From an uncultured Gammaproteobacteria bacterium (GTDB taxonomy: Bacteria; Patescibacteriota; Patescibacteriia; UBA1558; GWA2-36-10): a DNA stretch of 56,627 bases. The stretch lies in assembly GCA_964394835.1 (NCBI GenBank), contig CAYMZA010000002.1:1-56627 (forward strand), written 5' to 3'. Below, piece by piece: positions 38,101 through 46,884 of this stretch; position 1 is the first letter of the stretch; the number at the start of each line of letters is the position of its first letter. The translations under genes were made by a program, and so were the position numbers. The notes under the pieces were generated by a model. The model did no database searches. It was not told where the DNA came from and saw nothing but the letters and a program-made list of their open reading frames with translations.

Positions 38101-38609
38101 AAGAAGGACAAAATGTTACCCTAGCTGGAATTGTAACAAATATACATAAAATTGTGACTAATAAAGGTAAACCTATGATGTTTATCACAATAGAAGATTC
38201 AACAGGTAGCGTAGAATTACTGATATTCCCCAAACTATTAGAAACAACGCATAGTATATGGGAAGATGAAAATATGATAATAGCAGAAGGAGAAGTATCA
38301 GAAAAAGATGGAAATCCTAAAATATTAACAGAAAAAGTAAAAAAAATAGATCAAAAACTAATAGATGAATTAGACACAAAAAGATTATCAAATCATAAAT
38401 TATGGTTAAACATACCACATGAATTTTCTAAAGATAAAGTAGATAAATTAAAAGAATTATTAACAAGAAGTAAAGGATTAACACCTGTGTATATAAAAAC
38501 AAGTAAAGGAAAAAAGATAAAAACAAATTTAAAAGTATTACCTAATTCAAAATTATTAAAAAAAATAAGTAAATTTTTAGGAGAAAAACTCTGGAAAATA
38601 GAAAAATAG
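35187..38609 (+). CDS. dnaE: DNA polymerase III alpha subunit
   Basis: PHP domain HLHNHSHYSLLDG, polymerase core (PDIDLDF), OB-fold region; 1140 aa. Confidence 0.95.
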   Translation: MHIHLHNHSHYSLLDGLSTVDQLVNKAKEHGANAVALTDHGVMYGAIEFYKKCKKENINPIIGLEAYITPGSLHDKKNRIKPYHLILLAKNNEGYRNLLKLTSIAHLEGYYYKPRIDWETLKKYSKGIIVTTACLNGPISRHLNEGNDKKVEENLNILLDTFTKDNIYLELQPRNMPEQEPVNKKMIALAKKFDLPLIATNDVHYTNSEDDEAHDILICIQTKQKKADTDRMSYLGEDYSFYSPEKMEELFKDTPEAITNTQKLADRCNVEIELGNIQLPEYKLEEGTADEELRRLSLIGIKKRYNHDEDSIPQEMKERLDYELSVIKETGYATYFLIVQDFVQWAKEQNIVVGPGRGSAAGSLVSYAIGVTNIDPLKYGLIFERFLNPERISMPDIDLDFADIRRDEVLKYVEEKYGKDHVSQIITFGTMAARAALRDVGRVLGYSYSFCDQVAKLIPMFTTLDKALETVEELKKIYEEDGEAQRLIDMARKLEGLIRHSSTHACAVLITKSPLSDNTPLQYASSDDKTIISQYSMNPVEDLGLLKMDFLGLKNLTILEQSIKIIKATKGVDVDIDKIPVDDKKTFKLLAKGQTTGVFQLESGGMKRYLKQLKPSEIEDIIAMVALYRPGPIEFIPDFVKRKFGKKKIEYIHPKLEPILKNTYGIAIYQEQIMRIARELAGFSYGQADILRKAVGKKIKKLLDEQEEKIIQGMIDNGIERKIATKIWEFIVPFASYGFNRSHAASYAMIAYQTAYLKSNYPAAFMAALLTSSQNNIDRVTIEINECHNVGIKVLPPDINESFANFSVVEKKGEKTRIRFGLNAIKNVGYNIVDVIVKERKENGAYNSLEDFLNRIKDKDLNKKSLESLIKGGALDSLITRGKALGNLTTLLDFNKKIQNEHKTGQSNLFTGLPLDNLSFSLKLDEFEDISSKQKLSWEKELLGLYLSDHPFKEYLPLFKKSITTINNLKTKEGQNVTLAGIVTNIHKIVTNKGKPMMFITIEDSTGSVELLIFPKLLETTHSIWEDENMIIAEGEVSEKDGNPKILTEKVKKIDQKLIDELDTKRLSNHKLWLNIPHEFSKDKVDKLKELLTRSKGLTPVYIKTSKGKKIKTNLKVLPNSKLLKKISKFLGEKLWKIEK

Positions 38610-38626
38610 ACTTTAATATGTACTTT

Positions 38627-38635
38627 TGATATAAT
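38627..38635 (+). promoter_or_regulatory. Extended -10 element TGATATAAT upstream of the 38661 gene
   Basis: Exact TGATATAAT, 25 nt before the ATG. Confidence 0.45.
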
Positions 38636-38660
38636 AAAAAGTGATAAATAATATAAATAT

Positions 38661-39782
38661 ATGACTAAAAAGAGTAAAAAAAATACTACCTATACTAAAA
38701 TTGTTGGATTCTTCCTTTTCTTAACTACCATAGCTATTTTTACTGTTATGCACTTTGCTTTAGCAAAGGTAACTATAAAAATATACGGAAAAGTAGATAC
38801 TAAAACAAAAGATATACTAGTGGAAATGGAATCAGAAAATACTTTAGACAAGAAAGAAGATGGTATTCTTGGTAAAATAATAAAAACAGAATTTGATTTA
38901 GAAACCCATGTTACTAGTAATAAAGAAACAGTAATGGGTGAAAAAGCTGGTGGCTACGTAACTATATACAATAAATATTCTCAAAATCAAATATTAGTAG
39001 CTACTACTAGATTATTAACACCGGATAATAAACTATACAGAATAACCGAAAGAGTTAATATACCATCTGGTGGACAAGTAGAAATATGGGCAGAAGCAGA
39101 TCAAAATGGTAAAGAATATAATATACCAGCTACCTCTTTCATAATCCCAGGACTATGGAAAGGATTACAAGATAAAATATATGCAGAAAGTAAAGATGGT
39201 ATGAATATGCAAGGAACACCTAAATATTTAGTAACTCAAGAAAGTATTAATCAAGCTCAAAAAAATATTAAACAAGAAGCAGAAGAAAAAGCATTAGAAA
39301 CTATTAATGAAAAACTTTCTAAAAATTTAAAAATAAATACTAAAAAACTATTTTTAAAATTTGAAACATTAGAATCAAGTAATCTCAATGAAGAAAGTGA
39401 AACAACAATACTAAAACAACATGTAACTGCATATGGTGTAGTTTTTTCTCAAGAAAGCTTAGAAAAGATGGCTAAAGAAAAATTTACTAAAGAACTACCA
39501 GATAATCAATCTTTAATTAAATTCTTTGATAATAAATTTAGCTATGAAATTATAGATATTAATCCAGAAAAAGAAACTTCTGTACTAAGTGTATCATTAC
39601 AGGCTGATATTAATTCTAAGGAAGGAACATGGGATATAGATAAAAATAAGATTATAGGTTTAACTAAACATGATATAGAACAATACTTAAAAGAATTAAA
39701 AATTGAAAAATTTGAAATATCTTTCTTCCCTGCATGGGTTAATAAAGCACCAGATTTAAAAGACCATATTATCATAGAATAA
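38661..39782 (+). CDS. Hypothetical membrane-anchored protein
   Basis: 373 aa, N-terminal TM (FFLFLTTIAIFTVMHFAL); no family recognised. Confidence 0.5.
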   Translation: MTKKSKKNTTYTKIVGFFLFLTTIAIFTVMHFALAKVTIKIYGKVDTKTKDILVEMESENTLDKKEDGILGKIIKTEFDLETHVTSNKETVMGEKAGGYVTIYNKYSQNQILVATTRLLTPDNKLYRITERVNIPSGGQVEIWAEADQNGKEYNIPATSFIIPGLWKGLQDKIYAESKDGMNMQGTPKYLVTQESINQAQKNIKQEAEEKALETINEKLSKNLKINTKKLFLKFETLESSNLNEESETTILKQHVTAYGVVFSQESLEKMAKEKFTKELPDNQSLIKFFDNKFSYEIIDINPEKETSVLSVSLQADINSKEGTWDIDKNKIIGLTKHDIEQYLKELKIEKFEISFFPAWVNKAPDLKDHIIIE

Positions 39783-39784
39783 CT

Positions 39785-39813
39785 TTGACATTTTTAAAAG
39801 ATAAATATATAAT
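39785..39813 (+). promoter_or_regulatory. Consensus sigma70 promoter of the thrS leader
   Basis: TTGACA (39785-39790), 17-nt spacer, TATAAT (39808-39813). Confidence 0.65.
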
Positions 39814-39819
39814 AAAATT

Positions 39820-39975
39820 GTTTTTAGTGATTGGAATAGCTACCAACTATTCTCTGTAAAGATTTCTTTAGAAACTAAACTAAGAACAATAAAAGAAGAG
39901 ATTATGAATATTCATAATAACTTGGGTGGAACCGCCCTTCAAGGGTCCCAGGACTAAGCTGTCTTGGGCTATTTT
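39820..39975 (+). promoter_or_regulatory. T-box riboswitch leader, threonine specifier (ACC)
   Basis: T-box sequence AACTTGGGTGGAACCGCCC (39919-39937). Candidate specifier ACC followed by A at 39842-39845 in a GAATAG/CTATTC-closed loop. Terminator CCCAGGAC-N6-GTCTTGGG (39947-39968) plus a U-rich tail, directly before thrS. Confidence 0.8.
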
Positions 39976-39987
39976 AATTAAAAATAT

Positions 39988-41739
39988 ATGAAAAAAGAAA
40001 AAATTAACATTTCTAGACATTCCTTAGCACATATTTTAGCTATAGCTGTCATAAAAAAGTACCCTGATACTAAATTAGGTATTGGTCCTGTAGTAGAGAA
40101 TGGATTCTACTATGACTTTCTTTTACCAGATAAAATTACAGATTCTGATTTACCTAAATTAGAAAAACAAATGAAAAAAATCATACAACAAAGTATAGAT
40201 TTTAAAAAAGAAGTTGTAGATAAAGAAAAAGCTTTAGATAAATTTAAAGATAACAAATTTAAAATAGAATTAATTAATGAATTACCAGAGGATGAAGATA
40301 TTTCTTTCTACAATTCAAGTAAGTTTACAGACCTATGTGCAGGACCCCATGTTAAAAATACCAAAGAAATAAATATTAATGCTTTTAAATTAACTACTAT
40401 AGCAGGAGCATACTGGAAAGGTAATCAAGAAAATAAAATGCTAACTAGAATATATGGTGTAGCATTTGAAACTAAAGAAGAATTAGATCAATACTTAGAA
40501 ATGCTAGAAGAAGCTAAAAAAAGAGATCATCGTAAACTAGGAAAAGAACTAGACCTATTTACTTTTTCAGAACTAGTAGGATCTGGTTTACCAATGTGGT
40601 CACCTAAAGGAACTATACTTCGTGATGAAATAGATAACTTTGTTTGGGAATTAAGAAAAGAATATGACTACAAAAAAGTAACAATACCACATATTACTAA
40701 AAAAGCTTTGTATGAAAAAAGTGGGCATTGGGAAAAATTCTCTGAAGAACTATTTAGAATAAAAACAAGAGAAGGTACTGAATATGCTCTTAAACCAATG
40801 AATTGTCCTCATCATACACAAATATATGATCATTTACCTAGAAGCTATAGAGATTTACCTCAAAGATATGCAGAAACTTCAATGGTATATAGAGACGAAC
40901 AAAGCGGTGAATTAATAGGACTATCAAGAGTATTAAGTATTACTCAAGATGATGCTCATGTATTTTGTAGAGAAAAACAAATGAAAGAAGAAGTTCTAAA
41001 AATAGTAGATATTGTACAAAACTTTTACAAACCATTTAACTTTGACTTAGAAATATTCCTCTCACTTCATGACAAGGATAATATGGATAAATACTTAGGA
41101 GAAGAAAAAGTATGGAAAAAAACAGAACAAGATTTAAAAGATCTATTAAAAGAAAGGAAAATTAAATTCACAGAAGCTATTGGTGAAGCAGCTATGTACG
41201 GACCTAAGATAGACTTTATGGCTAAAGATTCTCTAAATCGTAAATGGCAAGTAGCTACAATACAATTAGATAGACAAATGCCAGAAAGATTTAAACTTAC
41301 TTGTACTAATGAAAAAGGAGAAGACGAACAAGTAGTTATGATACATGCAGCTATAGCCGGTGCATTAGAAAGATTCATAGCTATATTAATAGAACATTTA
41401 GGTGGTAATTTCCCTACATGGCTGTCCCCTGTTCAAATTAAGATATTAACTGTAGGAGAAAAACATATTGAGTTTAGTAATAAATTAAAAGAAGAATTTG
41501 AAGAATATAATCTAAGAGTAGAATTAGATGATTCTTCAGAAACTTTAGGTAATAAGATAAGGAAGGGAGTTAAAGAAAGAATTCCATATACTTTAGTAAT
41601 TGGTGACAAAGAAATGAATTCTAATGATTTATCTATTCGTGTAAGAGGAAAAAAGGATATTCTAAGTATTAAAAAAGATAAATTTATCACTCAAGTTAAA
41701 GAAGGGGTTAAAAAAAGAAAATTAAATTTAATTAAATGA
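39988..41739 (+). CDS. thrS: Threonine--tRNA ligase (lacks N-terminal TGS domain)
   Basis: Starts at the editing/SAD domain (RHSLAHILA), followed by the class II core and anticodon-binding domain; 583 aa. Confidence 0.95.
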   Translation: MKKEKINISRHSLAHILAIAVIKKYPDTKLGIGPVVENGFYYDFLLPDKITDSDLPKLEKQMKKIIQQSIDFKKEVVDKEKALDKFKDNKFKIELINELPEDEDISFYNSSKFTDLCAGPHVKNTKEININAFKLTTIAGAYWKGNQENKMLTRIYGVAFETKEELDQYLEMLEEAKKRDHRKLGKELDLFTFSELVGSGLPMWSPKGTILRDEIDNFVWELRKEYDYKKVTIPHITKKALYEKSGHWEKFSEELFRIKTREGTEYALKPMNCPHHTQIYDHLPRSYRDLPQRYAETSMVYRDEQSGELIGLSRVLSITQDDAHVFCREKQMKEEVLKIVDIVQNFYKPFNFDLEIFLSLHDKDNMDKYLGEEKVWKKTEQDLKDLLKERKIKFTEAIGEAAMYGPKIDFMAKDSLNRKWQVATIQLDRQMPERFKLTCTNEKGEDEQVVMIHAAIAGALERFIAILIEHLGGNFPTWLSPVQIKILTVGEKHIEFSNKLKEEFEEYNLRVELDDSSETLGNKIRKGVKERIPYTLVIGDKEMNSNDLSIRVRGKKDILSIKKDKFITQVKEGVKKRKLNLIK

Positions 41740-43154
41740 TTATAAAAACAGCATTAACCTATGATGATGTATTATTAGTGCCCAAAAAATCTAGTATCAC
41801 ATCTAGGCAAGATGTTAATACATCAACTAAGCTAACATCTAATATTGATCTTAAAATACCTCTAGTAAGTGCTAATATGGATACTGTTACTGAAAGTAGT
41901 ATGGCTATAGCAATGTCATTAGCTGGTGGTATAGGGATAATACATCGTTTCTGCGATATAGAAACACAAGTTAAGGAGGTAAGTAAAGTAAAAAGAAAAC
42001 AGAATATTATAATATACAAACCATTTACTGTTTCTCCAGATAATACGTTAAGGGAAGTAAGAGAAAAAATTAAAGAACATAATTGTACTAGTTTTTTAGT
42101 TACTAAAGATAATAATAAACTTTTAGGTATTATAACAAACAGAGATATTACTTTTATCAAAGATGATGAAAAATTGGTTAAAGATTTAATGACACCCAAG
42201 GGTAAACTAATTACCGCACCCTATGATATTAATACAGAACAAGCTAAAGAAATATTAAAAAATAATAAGATAGAAAAACTTCCTTTGGTTGATAATGATT
42301 TTAATATTAAAGGATTAATAACATCTGCTGATATAATTACAAACTATAATAATGTAAATGCTAGTAAAGATAAAAAGGGAAGATTGTTAGTAGGTGCAGC
42401 TATAGGAGTAAGACAAGATTTTCTAGAAAGAGCTCAAGCATTAATAAGTGCTGAAGTTGATGTTCTAGTTATAGATATAGCTCATGGACACTCCTTAAAC
42501 GCTCTTAACGCTATAAAACAAATAAAAGAAGAATTTCCTAATACAGAATTAATAGCTGGTAATATTGCCACAGCTCAAGGAGCTAAAGATTTGATTGAAG
42601 CTGGTGCTAATGCTGTTAAAGTGGGTATAGGACCTGGATCTATCTGTACAACAAGAATAACTACAGGATTTGGTGTACCCCAACTCTCTGCAATAATAAA
42701 CATCTCCCCTACTTGTAAAAAATACAATATACCATTAATAGCTGATGGAGGAATCAGAAATCCATCTGATATAGTTAAAGCTTTAGCAGCAGGAGCTAAT
42801 ACAATTATGATAGGAGGACAATTTGCAGGAACTAAAGAAAGTCCAGGACCAACGATAAACTATAAGGGAAGACAATATAAAATATCTAGAGGTATGGCTT
42901 CTTTAAGTGCTGCTCTGTCTAGACCTGATGCTAAAGAAAAAATTAATCAAATTACACCAGAGGGTATAGAAGCTAGAGTGCCATATATTGGTCCAGTTAA
43001 AAATATAATCACTCAATATGTGGGTGGCCTAAGATCTGGTATGAGCTATGGTAATGCTAAAAATATTAAAGAACTAAATGAAAGTGCTGAGTTCATAAGA
43101 ATAACATCAGGAGGTATAAAAGAGTCTAATTCTCATGATAATGATGTGCTTTAA
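41736..43154 (+). CDS. guaB: IMP dehydrogenase
   Basis: CBS pair insert and catalytic loop GIGPGSICTTR. Confidence 0.95.
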   Translation: MIIKTALTYDDVLLVPKKSSITSRQDVNTSTKLTSNIDLKIPLVSANMDTVTESSMAIAMSLAGGIGIIHRFCDIETQVKEVSKVKRKQNIIIYKPFTVSPDNTLREVREKIKEHNCTSFLVTKDNNKLLGIITNRDITFIKDDEKLVKDLMTPKGKLITAPYDINTEQAKEILKNNKIEKLPLVDNDFNIKGLITSADIITNYNNVNASKDKKGRLLVGAAIGVRQDFLERAQALISAEVDVLVIDIAHGHSLNALNAIKQIKEEFPNTELIAGNIATAQGAKDLIEAGANAVKVGIGPGSICTTRITTGFGVPQLSAIINISPTCKKYNIPLIADGGIRNPSDIVKALAAGANTIMIGGQFAGTKESPGPTINYKGRQYKISRGMASLSAALSRPDAKEKINQITPEGIEARVPYIGPVKNIITQYVGGLRSGMSYGNAKNIKELNESAEFIRITSGGIKESNSHDNDVL

Positions 43155-43165
43155 TACTTAAAAAG

Positions 43166-43174
43166 TGATATAAT
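43166..43174 (+). promoter_or_regulatory. Extended -10 element TGATATAAT downstream of guaB
   Basis: Exact TGATATAAT. If used, palindrome copy 3 lies in the 5' UTR of the 43293 gene. Confidence 0.4.
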
Positions 43175-43202
43175 CTAAGTAATATAAAAGTACATAAGTT
43201 AC

Positions 43203-43222
43203 TTTAGCTAATATTAGCTAAA
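43203..43222. repeat. Perfect 20-bp palindrome TTTAGCTAATATTAGCTAAA, copy 3
   Basis: Exact. The 25-mer TTACTTTAGCTAATATTAGCTAAAA is shared with copy 1. 70 nt separate it from the ATG at 43293. Confidence 0.95.
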
Positions 43223-43292
43223 AATACGTGTAATAATATAGTATAATATCCGTCATACTATATGCTTGTCATAATAATAATTAAAAAAATAT

Positions 43293-44603
43293 ATGAAAAA
43301 ACTATTATTACTTTTTTTTATAGCATTATTAACATTTAATATAGCTATAAAACAAGCTAATGCTCAAACAAATACATTAGAACTACAATCAATGTCTGCT
43401 GAATTTGAAGCTGATAATATAACAGCTGAATCATTGAGCATAGAAGAACCTACTAAATTACCTGGTGATAAAGGATATTGGTGGACTAATTTCAAAAGAA
43501 ACACAAATATGTTCTTTACTTTTAACAAAGCAAAGAAAGCAGAAAAAGAATTAAAAATAGCTAATACTAAACTATTAGAAGCTAAAAAAATAGCTGAAAA
43601 AAAAGATAACTTAAAGAATGAACAATATTTAGAAGAAACATTAGAAAAATATAAAAAAAGAATAGCAAATGTAACAGATAGAGTTAAAAGTATTCCAGAA
43701 GAGAATAAAGAAAAATTTAAAAATGTTTTAAACAATATTGATAGAGACTATTTAAAACAACAACAAATATTAAGAACAATAGAACATAAACTTCCTGTGT
43801 CTAAGAAAGAATGGATAGAAAGAATACGTAAAGATTCTACAAATAAATGGTATGAAGCTAACAAAGAAAGTGTAAAAGAAAGATTAGAAACAGCTATTGA
43901 ACAAAATAATACCGGAAGTAATTTTAAACAATTACGTAATATAGCTACTTTAGAAGAAATAGAAGAAATATTACCAATAGAAGCAACTATTGAAGTCAAG
44001 GAAGCAAGAATAAGGGCTGAAGAAAAATTAAAAAGTAAACTAGATAATATTAATGACGAAGAAAAAATAAAAATAAATAAATATATTGATAATATTAAAT
44101 TAAAAGATGTTAGAAAACTTGAATTAATGAATCGTTTAGAAGATTCTGAAGAAATGCCGACTATTATAAAAAATAGAATCGTTGAAATTAAAAAAACACA
44201 TTTAGAAAATATAGGAGCAAACTTTAATGCAATGTCTAAAGAAAGAAAAGAAAAATGGTTAAGCACATTTGAAAAGTATGGATCTATCTCTAGAATCAAA
44301 ACATTAGAAAATCTTAAGTATTCTCCAGAATATAAAGAAAGAATACAATCACTCATAAAAAGCCAGGAAATATTAATAAAAGAAAATATTAGAAAAATTC
44401 CTTGGAAAAACATCAAAGAATTAGAAAAAATGGAAATAAGATTAAACGGAAAATCTACATTAACAAATGAAATAAGAGCAGCTAAGATAAGGATTACACC
44501 CAAACCACAACCAAGTTTAAGAAGACAAGGAACATTAGAACCAATAGATCCCACTCCTCCACCACATCAACCAAGTTTAAGAAGACAAGGAACATTAGAA
44601 TAA
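43293..44603 (+). CDS. Secreted K/E-rich coiled-coil protein (DUF5667-like?) with duplicated C-terminal module
   Basis: Signal peptide MKKLLLLFFIALLTFNIAIKQANA; LPGDKGYWW...FFTFNK segment recalled from DUF5667 proteins; C-terminal QPSLRRQGTLE occurs twice. Confidence 0.45.
   Translation: MKKLLLLFFIALLTFNIAIKQANAQTNTLELQSMSAEFEADNITAESLSIEEPTKLPGDKGYWWTNFKRNTNMFFTFNKAKKAEKELKIANTKLLEAKKIAEKKDNLKNEQYLEETLEKYKKRIANVTDRVKSIPEENKEKFKNVLNNIDRDYLKQQQILRTIEHKLPVSKKEWIERIRKDSTNKWYEANKESVKERLETAIEQNNTGSNFKQLRNIATLEEIEEILPIEATIEVKEARIRAEEKLKSKLDNINDEEKIKINKYIDNIKLKDVRKLELMNRLEDSEEMPTIIKNRIVEIKKTHLENIGANFNAMSKERKEKWLSTFEKYGSISRIKTLENLKYSPEYKERIQSLIKSQEILIKENIRKIPWKNIKELEKMEIRLNGKSTLTNEIRAAKIRITPKPQPSLRRQGTLEPIDPTPPPHQPSLRRQGTLE
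44508..44600 (+). repeat. Exact 33-bp direct repeat (44508-44540 and 44568-44600) at the 3' end of the CDS
   Basis: CAACCAAGTTTAAGAAGACAAGGAACATTAGAA occurs twice, separated by a 27-bp Pro-rich linker. Confidence 0.95.
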
Positions 44604-44610
44604 AAACTTA

Positions 44611-44634
44611 AAGCCTGTACAATACAGGCTTTTT
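44611..44634 (+). terminator. Intrinsic terminator
   Basis: AAGCCTGTA-CAA-TACAGGCTT followed by TTTT. Confidence 0.7.
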
Positions 44635-44637
44635 GTG

Positions 44638-44666
44638 TTGCTTTTTTTAAATTATTTAGCTACAAT
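44638..44666 (+). promoter_or_regulatory. Candidate promoter of miaB-miaA
   Basis: TTGCTT, 17-nt spacer, TACAAT; the -10 ends 8 nt before the ATG. Confidence 0.45.
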
Positions 44667-44674
44667 ACTGCTAC

Positions 44675-45982
44675 ATGAAAATAGATAAGAAAAAAAAGAA
44701 ATATTTTCCATTAGTATTTGGTTGTCAAATGAATTATTCTGATTCAGAAAGATTAAATACTGTATTAAAAAAAATAGGGTATACTAAAACAAAAAATGAA
44801 AAAGATGCAGATTTAATAATAGTTATAGCATGCTCAGTTAAACAAAGCGCTGTTGATAGAGTAATAGGAAAATCAAAAAACTGGCAAATTATAAAAGAAA
44901 AAAAACCATTAATAACCATACTTTCTGGATGTGTATTACCAGAAGATAAAAAAAAGCTAGAACATCAATTTGATTTATTTATTGATATTAAAAACTTAGA
45001 TAATCTAGCTAATGATTTAAAATCTTTACATCCTAAAGAAAGTCTATCTTTCCCAACTTTTTTTAATATTAAACCAGAATATGAATCTAAATACAGAGCA
45101 TTTGTACCAATAATGACTGGATGTAACAAGTTCTGTACATATTGTGTTGTACCACATACAAGAGGAAAGGAAACATCTAGACAGTCTAAAGATATTATTA
45201 AAGAAATAAAGGAATTATTAAATAAAGATTACAAAGAAATAATATTACTAGGACAAAATGTAAATAGCTATGGATTAGACAAGGATAATGAAATTAAATT
45301 TCCTGAACTACTAAAAAAGATAGATAACTTAAATAATAATAACTGGTGGTTAAAATTCATGACTAGCCATCCATATGATTTATCTGATGATTTAATCAAG
45401 ATAATGAAACAAGGAAAACATATTAATAAATATCTTCATCTTCCAGTACAATCAGGGTCAGAAAGTATGTTAAAAAGAATGAACAGACATTATAGTATTA
45501 AAGATTATAAAAAATTAATAAAAAAAATAAGAAAAGAAATTCCTAATATAGCTATTTCAACTGATATTATAGTAGGTTTTTCTAAGGAAACAAAAAAAGA
45601 ATTTGAAGATACCAAAAAATTAGTAAATGATTTAAAATTCAATCTATCTTTTACTTCTCAATATTCTGAAAGAAAAGGTACTACAGCCAGTAGATTATAT
45701 AAAGATGATATACCAAAGGAGATAAAAAAAGAAAGGTGGAATGAAATTAATAATATTATTAAAGAAAATTCATATCAATTTAATAAATCATTAATAGGTA
45801 AAGAATTAGAATATTTAGTAGATGTAGTAAAAAAAGAAAAAGATAAATATAATAATATAGGTAAGTTAGCAAACTATATTTCTGTTCATTTAATAAATAA
45901 TAAACCTTTAGGAATTGGAAAAATCTATAAAATAAAAGTAATAGAATCTAAAAATTGGGGCATTAAAGCAATATTAATATGA
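44675..45982 (+). CDS. miaB: tRNA-2-methylthio-N6-dimethylallyladenosine synthase MiaB
   Basis: UPF0004 N-domain Cys residues, radical SAM CNKFCTYCVVP, C-terminal TRAM-like domain. Confidence 0.9.
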   Translation: MKIDKKKKKYFPLVFGCQMNYSDSERLNTVLKKIGYTKTKNEKDADLIIVIACSVKQSAVDRVIGKSKNWQIIKEKKPLITILSGCVLPEDKKKLEHQFDLFIDIKNLDNLANDLKSLHPKESLSFPTFFNIKPEYESKYRAFVPIMTGCNKFCTYCVVPHTRGKETSRQSKDIIKEIKELLNKDYKEIILLGQNVNSYGLDKDNEIKFPELLKKIDNLNNNNWWLKFMTSHPYDLSDDLIKIMKQGKHINKYLHLPVQSGSESMLKRMNRHYSIKDYKKLIKKIRKEIPNIAISTDIIVGFSKETKKEFEDTKKLVNDLKFNLSFTSQYSERKGTTASRLYKDDIPKEIKKERWNEINNIIKENSYQFNKSLIGKELEYLVDVVKKEKDKYNNIGKLANYISVHLINNKPLGIGKIYKIKVIESKNWGIKAILI

Positions 45983-46884
45983 TAAAACAAAATAATAAAA
46001 TAATAGTAGTATTAGGCTCTACTGCTACTGGTAAATCAGATTTAGCTGTACAAATAGCTAAAAAATTTAATGGCGAAATAATTTCATCAGACTCAAGACA
46101 GATATATAAGAAATTAAATATAGGAAGTAATAAAATTACAAAAAAAGAACAAAGAGGTATTAAACATCACCTTTTAGACATAGCAGAACCAAATGAAGAA
46201 TTTACACTTTATGATTGGCAAAAAAAATGTTTTCAAACTATTAATAAAATACTTAAAAAAAAGAAATTACCGATTATAGCTGGAGGAACAGGTTTATATA
46301 TCTCCTCTATTTTACAAAATTATCAAATACCTAAAGCTAATTCACAATTAAAAAAAGAATTAAATAAAAAAAGCTTAAAAGAATTAACAGAAAAATTAAA
46401 AGAAGTTGATAAACATTCTTTTAAAAAAATAGATACTAAAAATAAAAGAAAAGTTATAAGAGCATTAGAATATTCTTTAAGTTTTAATAATAGTTTAATT
46501 AAAGAACAAAAAACAACTGAATGCCCATATGAATATTTAGTTTTAGGATTAGATATGCCTAGAGAAATATTATATAAAAAAATAAATAAAAGAGTTAACC
46601 AAATGATGAAAATAGGATTATTAAGAGAAGTTAAAAAAATAAATAAAAAATATAAAGATAACAATTATCCTTCATTGTCTGGCATTGGATATAAAGAAAT
46701 AATAATGTATTTAAATAAAAAAATAGACTTACTAGAAGCTATTGAATTAATAAAAAAGAATACAAGAAACTATGCTAAAAGGCAGAAAACTTGGTTTAGA
46801 AGAATGGAAAAGCAAGGTATTAAAATAGATTGGAATAAAAGTTTTCCTCAAACTGTTAAATTAATAACTAATTTTATAAAATAA
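45979..46884 (+). CDS. miaA: tRNA dimethylallyltransferase MiaA
   Basis: P-loop GSTATGKS, DSRQIYK, HHLLD motifs; 4-nt overlap with miaB. Confidence 0.9.
   Translation: MIKQNNKIIVVLGSTATGKSDLAVQIAKKFNGEIISSDSRQIYKKLNIGSNKITKKEQRGIKHHLLDIAEPNEEFTLYDWQKKCFQTINKILKKKKLPIIAGGTGLYISSILQNYQIPKANSQLKKELNKKSLKELTEKLKEVDKHSFKKIDTKNKRKVIRALEYSLSFNNSLIKEQKTTECPYEYLVLGLDMPREILYKKINKRVNQMMKIGLLREVKKINKKYKDNNYPSLSGIGYKEIIMYLNKKIDLLEAIELIKKNTRNYAKRQKTWFRRMEKQGIKIDWNKSFPQTVKLITNFIK

Noticed and set aside
37466-38233. 135-aa and 66-aa minus-strand ORFs inside dnaE. The same reasoning applies to similar short antisense ORFs at 484-672, 1222-1416, 3183-3404, 4459-5157, 6344-6892, 11039-11257, 13733-13939, 16260-17109, 19640-19834, 29356-29643, 31455-31679, 31980-32192, 33321-33512, 39542-39775, 41067-42199, 43364-43735, 44734-44919, 46323-47398, 53809-53994 and 54304-54495
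   Set aside because: All are embedded in, or antisense to, well-supported conserved genes. They have hydrophobic low-complexity products and no independent signals.
43748-44554. 268-aa minus-strand ORF
   Set aside because: It is antisense to the K/E-rich secreted protein gene, and its low-complexity S/L/F/I translation has no start context. It is an artefact of the stop-poor antisense frame.
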